Position numbers and translations under genes: made by a program
Notes under the pieces: model-generated
Database searches by the model: none
The model's input: the letters and a program-made list of their open reading frames with translations, nothing else
Told to the model about the DNA's origin: nothing
Assembly: GCA_964437865.1 (NCBI GenBank)
Contig: CAYTJG010000002.1
Location: 1-62,463, forward strand
Reading direction: 5' to 3'
DNA: 62,463 nt
Source: an uncultured Bifidobacteriaceae bacterium
GTDB taxonomy: Bacteria > Verrucomicrobiota > Verrucomicrobiia > Limisphaerales > UBA11358
In this document: positions 56,097 to 62,463 of the stretch, piece after piece
Layout: each line of letters opens with the position of its first letter
Position numbering within the stretch: the first letter of the stretch is position 1

Positions 56097-58727
56097 ATGC
56101 AGAATCTTTTTTTGAACTTTGCGCCGCTGCCGCGACGGGGATTGGCCTGTCTGATTCTCCTATGGCTCAGTCTGGTTCCACCCTTGGCCTTGTCGGCGGG
56201 GGAGCTGCGGCAAAGCCTCAACTTCAATCGTGAGTGGGCGTTTCAATTGGGCAACGCACGGGACGCCGAAACAGCGGCTTTCGACGACTCCCAATGGGAG
56301 CGCCTTGGATTGCCGCATTCGTTCTCGCTGCCGTATTTCGCCTCGGACAAGTTCTACATTGGTTACGGCTGGTACCGAAAGCATTTCGACGCCCCGGCGG
56401 CATGGGCGGGCAGACGCATCAGTCTGGAATTTGACGGCGTGTTTCAGGTGGCCGAAGTATATGTAAATGGCCGGCGCATGGGCGAACACCGGGGCGGTTA
56501 CACCGGCTTCAGCTTCGACCTCACCGAGGCCGTGAAAACGGGCGACAACCTGCTGGCGGTGCGCGTCAATAATCTATGGGATGCGCGCCTGGCACCGCGC
56601 GCCGGCGAGCATGTCTTCTCCGGCGGCATCTATCGCGACGTGCGGCTGGTGGTCACCGCCCCGCTGCATGTGGCGTGGTATGGCACGTTCGTGACCACTC
56701 CGGAAGTGTCGCCGGCGGCCGGTACGGTGAACGTGAAAACCGAGGTGGTGAATGACTCCGGCGTGGCCAAATCCGCCATCGTGAGAACCAGCATCCTGGA
56801 CGCGCAAGGAACCACCGTCGCCCAAGTGGAATCCGCGCAGATCATGGCGCCCGGCGCCACGAATAGCTTCGATCAGACCAGCGTGCCGATTGCGAATCCC
56901 CGGCTCTGGTCGCCGGCGCAGCCGAATCTGTATTCAGTGAAAACGATCGTGCTCGATCATGGTCAGCCGGTGGATGATTACACGTCGCCGCTGGGCTTTC
57001 GCTGGTTCAAATTCACGGCCGACCAGGGTTTTTTCCTCAATGGTGCGCATTACTATTTCAAAGGCGCCAATGTGCATCAGGACCATGCCGGCTGGGGCGA
57101 CGCGGTGGCGGACAGCGGCCTGGCCCGCGACGTGAAGCTGGTGAAAGGCGCCGGCTTCGACTTTATTCGCGGTTCGCATTATCCGCACGCGCCGGCGTTT
57201 GCGAAGGCGTGTGACGAGCAGGGCCTGTTGTTCTGGTCGGAAAATTGTTTCTGGGGCACCGGCGGTTTACCGCGCGATGGCTATTGGAACAGCAGCGCGT
57301 ATCCCATGAACCCGGCGGACGACGCTGATTTTGAAGCCAGCGTGAAGGCGAGTCTGCGCGACATGATTCGCATTCATCGCAACCATCCCAGCATCATCGT
57401 CTGGAGCATGTGCAACGAGCCGTTTTTCAGCGAAGGCGGCGTGTTGCCGAAGGTGCGGCGCTTGCTTTCCGAACTCGTCACGTATAGCCATGAACTGGAC
57501 CCGACGCGACCGTCGGCGATTGGGGGCTGCCAGCGCGGCGAGTTGGATCACCTCGGCGATGTGGCCGGTTACAACGGCGACGGCGCGCGGTTGTTTGCGC
57601 ATCCCGGCGTGGCCAGCGTGGTGAGCGAATATGGTTCGACCATCGCGGATCGTCCGGGCAGCTATGCCCCGGGTTGGGGGGATTTGCCGGGCACGCCCGG
57701 GGCGGATGAGCAGCAAGCGGGTTCGTGGCGTTTGCCGTGGCGCAGCGGGGAAGCCATCTGGTGCGCCTTCGATCATGGCAGCATCGCCGGCCGGAGTTTT
57801 GGCGCGATGGGGTTGGTGGATTATTTTCGCCTGCCGAAGCGGTCATGGTATTGGTATCGCAACGAATATTTGCACGTGCCGCCGCCAGTGTGGCCCCGGC
57901 ACGGCGTGCCGGCCGCTTTGCGACTGACGGCGGATAAAACCACGCTCGATTCCGTGGACGGCACGGACGACGCGCAAATCGTGGTGACCGTATTGGATCG
58001 GGAGGGCAACGCGATCAATAACTGCCCGCCCGTGACGTTGGCGGTGGAGTCTGGTCCGGGCAAATTTCCCACTGGCCCGGCCATCACCTTCGCGCCGGAC
58101 TCAGACATCACCATTCGCGACGGCCAGGCGGCGATGGAATTCCGCTCTTATTATGCGGGTGACACGGTGATTCGCGCCACCTCTCCGGGACTGCTCGACG
58201 CGACGCTCCAGCTCACCTCGCTGGGCCAGCCGCGATTTATTGCGGGCCAAACGCCGTCCGTGCAGCTGCGACCGTATGTGCGGTTCACGGGGGCGGGCGC
58301 GAACGGTTCGCCAGTCGCCTTGGGTCAGGAAAACCCCACGCGCGCCAGCAGCGAAGCCCCCGGGCACAGCGGACGGCTGGCCAACGACGGCCACCGGGAC
58401 ACCTTTTGGCAGGCGGTCCCCGGCGATACCGAGGCGTGGTGGCGGGTGGATCTGGAGCGCCTGGTGAAGGTGGACCGGACCGAGCTGACGTTTCCATCGG
58501 CCGGCAATTGGCGCTATCTGATTGAAATATCTGACGATGGCGACCACAACTGGACGGAATTGGTGGACCGGACGAAAACCTCAAACTCCAGCCCGGAGCG
58601 GGTGGATGTTATGCCCGGCGGTTTGCCACCGGGCCGCTTTCTGCGCGTGCGGATCACGGGTTGGCCGGTCGGTGGCGTGGCCGCCTTGGCGGAAGTGAAA
58701 GTTGTGGGAACCTTGGCTGTTCCTTAA
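56097..58727 (+). CDS. Glycoside hydrolase family 2 with a C-terminal F5/8 type C (discoidin) domain
   Basis: It has a signal peptide and the GH2 sugar-binding, Ig and TIM-barrel layout (GIYRDVRL, IRGSHYPHAP, and acid/base WSMCNEP). The C-terminus reads ANDGHRDTFWQA...FLRVRI. Confidence 0.85.
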   Translation: MQNLFLNFAPLPRRGLACLILLWLSLVPPLALSAGELRQSLNFNREWAFQLGNARDAETAAFDDSQWERLGLPHSFSLPYFASDKFYIGYGWYRKHFDAPAAWAGRRISLEFDGVFQVAEVYVNGRRMGEHRGGYTGFSFDLTEAVKTGDNLLAVRVNNLWDARLAPRAGEHVFSGGIYRDVRLVVTAPLHVAWYGTFVTTPEVSPAAGTVNVKTEVVNDSGVAKSAIVRTSILDAQGTTVAQVESAQIMAPGATNSFDQTSVPIANPRLWSPAQPNLYSVKTIVLDHGQPVDDYTSPLGFRWFKFTADQGFFLNGAHYYFKGANVHQDHAGWGDAVADSGLARDVKLVKGAGFDFIRGSHYPHAPAFAKACDEQGLLFWSENCFWGTGGLPRDGYWNSSAYPMNPADDADFEASVKASLRDMIRIHRNHPSIIVWSMCNEPFFSEGGVLPKVRRLLSELVTYSHELDPTRPSAIGGCQRGELDHLGDVAGYNGDGARLFAHPGVASVVSEYGSTIADRPGSYAPGWGDLPGTPGADEQQAGSWRLPWRSGEAIWCAFDHGSIAGRSFGAMGLVDYFRLPKRSWYWYRNEYLHVPPPVWPRHGVPAALRLTADKTTLDSVDGTDDAQIVVTVLDREGNAINNCPPVTLAVESGPGKFPTGPAITFAPDSDITIRDGQAAMEFRSYYAGDTVIRATSPGLLDATLQLTSLGQPRFIAGQTPSVQLRPYVRFTGAGANGSPVALGQENPTRASSEAPGHSGRLANDGHRDTFWQAVPGDTEAWWRVDLERLVKVDRTELTFPSAGNWRYLIEISDDGDHNWTELVDRTKTSNSSPERVDVMPGGLPPGRFLRVRITGWPVGGVAALAEVKVVGTLAVP

Positions 58728-58739
58728 GAAAGATTACGA

Positions 58740-59972
58740 ATGATGCTGAACCTATTTTTCAATAATGACCCTGAAATTGCGCTGCCGGCCGGCGGGCGGC
58801 GCGGAAGGCGGGGCAGGGGACGGCAACTTCTGGCCGGCGTTTGGGCTGGGCTGGGGTTGGCACTGCTCTTGAGTGGCGGGGCCGCGCGTGGGGCGGAGGC
58901 GCGGGCAACGCTTAAAGAGGCTTTTAGCGGGGACTTCCCGGTGGGCGTGGCGGTGAACCAGCGGCAGTTCACCGGCCAGGATACGAACGGTGCGGCCATC
59001 GTTGTCTCGGAGTTCAACGCCATCGCGCCGGAAAACGTGTTGAAATGGGAGAGTGTGCATCCGCGGCCGGGAACGAACGGGTACAATTTCGCGGCGGCCG
59101 ACGCCTATGTGGCCTTTGGCGAGCGCCATCACCTGCTGATCGTGGGGCACACCCTGGCCTGGCATAACCAGACACCGGCCTGGGTGTTCCAAGGCGACGG
59201 CGGCCGGCCGCTGGCGGGCACCAACGCCGCTGACCGCGCCTTGCTGCTGGCACGACTGCAGGACCATATCCAGACCGTGGTTGGCCGGTACCGGGGCCGC
59301 ATCAAAATCTGGGATGTGGTCAATGAGGCGTTGAATGATAGCGGGGACCCCGCTGACACGAACCTGCTGCGGCAAACGTCGCCCTGGGTACGGATACTCG
59401 GCGAGGAATTCATCGCGCAGGCGTTTACCTGGGCGCACGTCGCAGACCCGGACGCGGTTCTGCGTTACAACGATTATGCCATTGAGAACGAGCCCAAGCG
59501 GCGGCGGGTCATGACGCTGATTCAGCGGTTGCAAGCCCGGCAGGTGCCGGTGATGGTCATCGGTTCGCAGACGCACGCCAATTTGATCTGGCCGAGTCCG
59601 GAATTGGAGGACGCCGCGCTGACCGACCTGGAGCGGTTGGGCTTGCCCATTCACATTACGGAACTGGATGTGGATGCCTCGAAAGCCGACCAGCAGGTGC
59701 AGAGCGCGGATATCCTGCAGCCGGATCGGTCCGGGAACGGTGGTTTGGCGGCCGGCGCGGATCAGAAATTGACCGACCAGTACGGCCGCCTTTTCCGGGT
59801 CTTCCTAAAGCATCGCCAGCATATCGGGCTGGTGACCTTTTGGGGCCTGACGGATCGGGATTCCTGGCGAAGCTGGGGCCACCCGCTCTTATTTGATCGG
59901 GAAGGCAGGCCAAAGCCCTGTTATGAAACGCTTATTCAGTTGGGCCGCCCAGTGGGGGCGGAACGTCGATAA
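58740..59972 (+). CDS. GH10 endo-1,4-beta-xylanase
   Basis: The acid/base motif is WDVVNEA and the nucleophile motif is ITELDV, with GHTLAWHNQTP also present. The N-terminal signal is Arg-rich. Confidence 0.9.
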   Translation: MMLNLFFNNDPEIALPAGGRRGRRGRGRQLLAGVWAGLGLALLLSGGAARGAEARATLKEAFSGDFPVGVAVNQRQFTGQDTNGAAIVVSEFNAIAPENVLKWESVHPRPGTNGYNFAAADAYVAFGERHHLLIVGHTLAWHNQTPAWVFQGDGGRPLAGTNAADRALLLARLQDHIQTVVGRYRGRIKIWDVVNEALNDSGDPADTNLLRQTSPWVRILGEEFIAQAFTWAHVADPDAVLRYNDYAIENEPKRRRVMTLIQRLQARQVPVMVIGSQTHANLIWPSPELEDAALTDLERLGLPIHITELDVDASKADQQVQSADILQPDRSGNGGLAAGADQKLTDQYGRLFRVFLKHRQHIGLVTFWGLTDRDSWRSWGHPLLFDREGRPKPCYETLIQLGRPVGAERR

Positions 59973-60078
59973 AAAAGGCTGAGGGCTGAATGCTGAAGTC
60001 TTAGAGCCCACCCGGGCGGGGCCGCGTTGAAACCCGCTGGGCCCGGCCGAGTCATGCTCGGCTCGCCCCCACGCCATT

Positions 60079-60155
60079 GTAGGGCACGACGTAAGGAGCA
60101 CGCGTGCCGCGAAGCTTCCCCCATGCCCAAGACGCCTCCTTACGTCGTCGCCTAC
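60079..60155. repeat. Imperfect 20-nt inverted repeat (18 of 20) with a 37-nt spacer containing the palindrome GCACGCGTGC
   Basis: GTAGGGCACGACGTAAGGAG (60079-60098) pairs with CTCCTTACGTCGTCGCCTAC (60136-60155). It lies in the convergent intergenic region. Confidence 0.6.
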
Positions 60156-60180
60156 AAGGCCGCTTCCGAATAGCCGGCAA

Positions 60181-60207
60181 CCAGCGTGGGAGAGTGTCCC
60201 ACGCTGG
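60181..60207. terminator. Perfect 11-bp stem, 5-nt loop hairpin between convergent genes
   Basis: The hairpin is CCAGCGTGGGA-GAGTG-TCCCACGCTGG and lies 18 nt beyond the blaR1-like stop. There is no clear U-tract on either strand. Confidence 0.45.
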
Positions 60208-60224
60208 CTGGACAGAAGTCCGCG

Positions 60225-62201
60225 TTACAGGGATTCCTGCGGCAACTTCTTGTAGTCGGCAAGTTGTTCCTCCGTTAACTTGTCAGCGGCCGTGATCTTC
60301 AGGTCTGGCACCTTCGCCAACTCCGCCTTCAGCAGATCGGGATCGTAGGCGAGAAAAGAGCCGACCAATTTGTCGCCCTGCTTGGTTGTCCTGAAATAGC
60401 CAATCACGCCGCCTTGGCCTGAATTGCATTTGGCGAATTGCTGGATCTTATCCAATAACTCGCCCGGCGTCTTCGGTGAGAAATCACCCACCGGCTCAAA
60501 GCGTACCGCCCAGATGCCCATGGAGGCTTCGAGATGTTCGATGTCCACGAGGGATTCCTGCGGCGACTTTTCGTATCGGTCCAACTGTGGCTGCGTTAAC
60601 TTGTCGACGGACGTAATCTTCAGGTCCGGCACCTTGGCCAACGACACTTTGAGTTGGTCGGGATCATACGCCAAGAAAGAGCCGACCAGTTTGGTGCCCT
60701 GTTTGGTGGTCCTAAAATAGCCGATCGCGCCGCTCTGGCCAGTCTGACAGTGGGCGTATGGTTGGATTTTGCCCAGGAAATCACCCGGGGTTTTCGGTGA
60801 GAAATCGCCGGTCATTTCAAAGCGCACCGCCCAGACTCCCTTTGCCGCATCGAGGTGCTTGACGTCCACCAAGGCTTCCTGTGGTGACTTTTCGTATTGG
60901 TCAAGCTGTTCCTGGGTCAGCTTCTGGACTGCAGTCACCTTGAGCCCGGCGATCTGGTCCAGTGCCGCTTTGAGCTGATCGGGATCGGACGCCAGAAACG
61001 ATCCGACCAGCTTATTGCCTTGCTTGACCGTTCGGAAGTAACCAAGCTCGCCGCTCTGGCCCGAGTACACGTGGATTCTCGCTAGAAACTCGCCCGGCGT
61101 CTTCGGTGAGAAATCACCGACCGGCTCAAACTTCACCACCCACACCCCCTGGGCGGCGTCGGGGCCGGCGACTTGAGGTGGCTGAGACGACGTTTGATTT
61201 TGCGCATCCGTCAACGTGGCCAGCGCGAGCCCGGCCAGGAGCAAAACGGCCAGTACCATCCCGCGGTCCGTTTTATGATATTTGGCAATCATGATTATCC
61301 TCGCTTTCATTTGTTGTTTGTTCTCCAGTATTCCGGCCAGGTTCGGCCCCCAGACAGATTGGCCAAACCCTTCCAGAAGCTTTACGATCGTCAGCCCGTA
61401 TGCTTCATTTTCGCCCGGGCGGGCGTGGAAGAGCGCCAGCGCATCGCACGCCAGTTCCCGATCCGCGCGCAGGCGATAAAACGCCAGCCAAACCAGCGGA
61501 TTGAACCAATGCACGATCTGCACGACCAGCGTGAGCCAGCCCGTGAGGATGTCCTGGCGTTTGATGTGGGCGAGTTCATGCAGGAATACGTGGCGCAGTT
61601 CCTCGGGAGTAAAGGTGGACAACAGTCCCGTCGGCAATAGCAGACGCGGACGCAAAAAACCGAACAGCGTCGGGCCTTTGACGGCTGCTGTCTCGATCAG
61701 GGAGACCGGCGTGCTGACGCCCATCAGTGTCTTGCAATCTTCCAACAAGGCGAGTGTGGGGCCATCCGTCAACGGCCGCAGCCGCCGCACGCGGCGGGTG
61801 AATCGGTACTGGCCGGTCAAAGCGTAGAGCGCCAGGGAAACTGCGCCGGCAGCCCAAAACCACGCCAGCTCCCAGTGCCAGTGTCCATGGGTGGCGGGCG
61901 CGACGGCGGCAGCTGGGCGGACGGTTTCGATGGAAACGCTGGCTGGCGCTTCCGGGGTTCGGATTGCCTGCGCGGATGAGGTGGGGGTGGGGATTCTTAA
62001 CACATTGAACAGGCTGGCCGGGGAGGGGATTGACCAGGGCAACGCCAGCCGCAGCACCACCAGCAGCCATAGAGCGTGACGCCAGCACGGTCGCAGGCGC
62101 GGACCGCAAAGCTGCTGTGCCGCCAGGATCAGCAGGATCAGGATTGAGGCCTCTCCTGACATCTTCAGGAGAAGGGGAAGATGGGAAAGGGATTCGCGCA
62201 T
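60225..62201 (-). CDS. BlaR1/MecR1-type M56 peptidase signal transducer with a triplicated C-terminal domain
   Basis: It has N-terminal TM helices, the zinc motif HELAHIKRQD, and a further TM (MVLAVLLLAGLALATL). Three tandem copies of about 100 aa follow. Confidence 0.85.
   Translation of the reverse strand: MRESLSHLPLLLKMSGEASILILLILAAQQLCGPRLRPCWRHALWLLVVLRLALPWSIPSPASLFNVLRIPTPTSSAQAIRTPEAPASVSIETVRPAAAVAPATHGHWHWELAWFWAAGAVSLALYALTGQYRFTRRVRRLRPLTDGPTLALLEDCKTLMGVSTPVSLIETAAVKGPTLFGFLRPRLLLPTGLLSTFTPEELRHVFLHELAHIKRQDILTGWLTLVVQIVHWFNPLVWLAFYRLRADRELACDALALFHARPGENEAYGLTIVKLLEGFGQSVWGPNLAGILENKQQMKARIIMIAKYHKTDRGMVLAVLLLAGLALATLTDAQNQTSSQPPQVAGPDAAQGVWVVKFEPVGDFSPKTPGEFLARIHVYSGQSGELGYFRTVKQGNKLVGSFLASDPDQLKAALDQIAGLKVTAVQKLTQEQLDQYEKSPQEALVDVKHLDAAKGVWAVRFEMTGDFSPKTPGDFLGKIQPYAHCQTGQSGAIGYFRTTKQGTKLVGSFLAYDPDQLKVSLAKVPDLKITSVDKLTQPQLDRYEKSPQESLVDIEHLEASMGIWAVRFEPVGDFSPKTPGELLDKIQQFAKCNSGQGGVIGYFRTTKQGDKLVGSFLAYDPDLLKAELAKVPDLKITAADKLTEEQLADYKKLPQESL
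60228..61148 (-). repeat. Three in-frame tandem repeats (about 309-321 nt each) inside the blaR1-like gene
   Basis: The protein repeats begin GVWVVKFEPVGDFSPKTPGEF, GVWAVRFEMTGDFSPKTPGDF and GIWAVRFEPVGDFSPKTPGEL. The DNA segments 60457-60500 and 61087-61130 differ at one position. Confidence 0.9.
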
Positions 62202-62209
62202 AAAATCAG

Positions 62210-62463
62210 TTAATCGGGGTTCTTGAGCAGACGCCGTAGCTCGCGGATTTCATCGGGAGTCAGTTTGTCCCGCTGGACGAAGTGGGCGAGCATGGGCTTT
62301 AAGGATCCACCAAAGACGCGCTCCAGAAACGTTTCGCTCACTGCATCCACGCACTCTTCGCGTCGGACCAGCGCATGATACACATAAGCGCGCCCTTCCT
62401 TGCGGAACCCCAGGACTTGCTTTTTGACCAGCCGGTTGAGAAAGGCTTTGGCCGTGCGGGGGT
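62210..62463 (-). CDS. BlaI/MecI/CopY-family transcriptional repressor (5' end outside the window)
   Basis: My own minus-strand translation is ...RTAKAFLNRLVKKQVLGFRKEGRAYVYHALVRREECVDAVSETFLERVFGGSLKPMLAHFVQRDKLTPDEIRELRRLLKNPD*. The stop lies 8 nt before the M56 gene start. Confidence 0.85.
   Translation of the reverse strand, partial: PRTAKAFLNRLVKKQVLGFRKEGRAYVYHALVRREECVDAVSETFLERVFGGSLKPMLAHFVQRDKLTPDEIRELRRLLKNPD

Overview
The window is a GC-rich (by eye) bacterial chromosomal segment with about 50 genes and no obvious mobile DNA. Several features suggest a PVC-group organism, most likely Verrucomicrobiota. This is inference, not a search result. The features are many secreted glycoside hydrolases without SusC/D partners, a Tat-signal Gfo/Idh/MocA oxidoreductase, an ECF sigma plus Ser/Thr kinase pair, a BlaI/BlaR1-like pair, and a giant beta-helix protein ending in FFRLQQ.

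Content, left to right:
- tRNA-Ala(GGC) with its terminator.
- A GT4 glycosyltransferase, a SpoU/TrmH methyltransferase and an MBL hydrolase.
- A glycan-degradation run: a Tat oxidoreductase, GH3, a GH51-like enzyme and a 1196-aa double beta-helix protein.
- A DinG/XPD helicase fused to a PD-(D/E)XK nuclease, followed by a DUF481 outer-membrane protein.
- A translationally coupled tetR-MFP-RND-OMF efflux operon with a candidate operator.
- DUF3592, then eutBC.
- A co-directional block containing an ECF sigma, a ZAS anti-sigma, two paralogous uncharacterized membrane-anchored proteins, a polytopic membrane protein and a GH29 fucosidase.
- A cytoplasmic NrtA/NasS-like protein plus an orphan receiver, an aldo/keto reductase and an SGNH hydrolase.
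- DsbD plus a TlpA-like redoxin.
- GH172 (DUF2961) plus an OprB porin.
- A TPP riboswitch in front of thiC.
- A TetR plus SDR pair and a metallophosphoesterase.
- An ECF sigma plus membrane Ser/Thr kinase, and a fatty-acid desaturase.
- GH2 and GH10.
- A BlaI/BlaR1-like pair whose sensor is a triplicated domain of about 100 aa.

I found no CRISPR array, integrase, transposase, rRNA or recognisable defence island.

The candidates for something undescribed, none proven, are:
- The paralogous membrane-anchored family with a pseudopilin-like C-terminal module, one copy sitting behind the ECF sigma/anti-sigma pair.
- The neighbouring 3+1 TM membrane protein, which has a perfect 14-bp inverted repeat in front of it.
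- The triple-repeat BlaR1 sensor.
- The nuclease-helicase fusion.

All family assignments rest on motif recognition from the translations. No database search was run.
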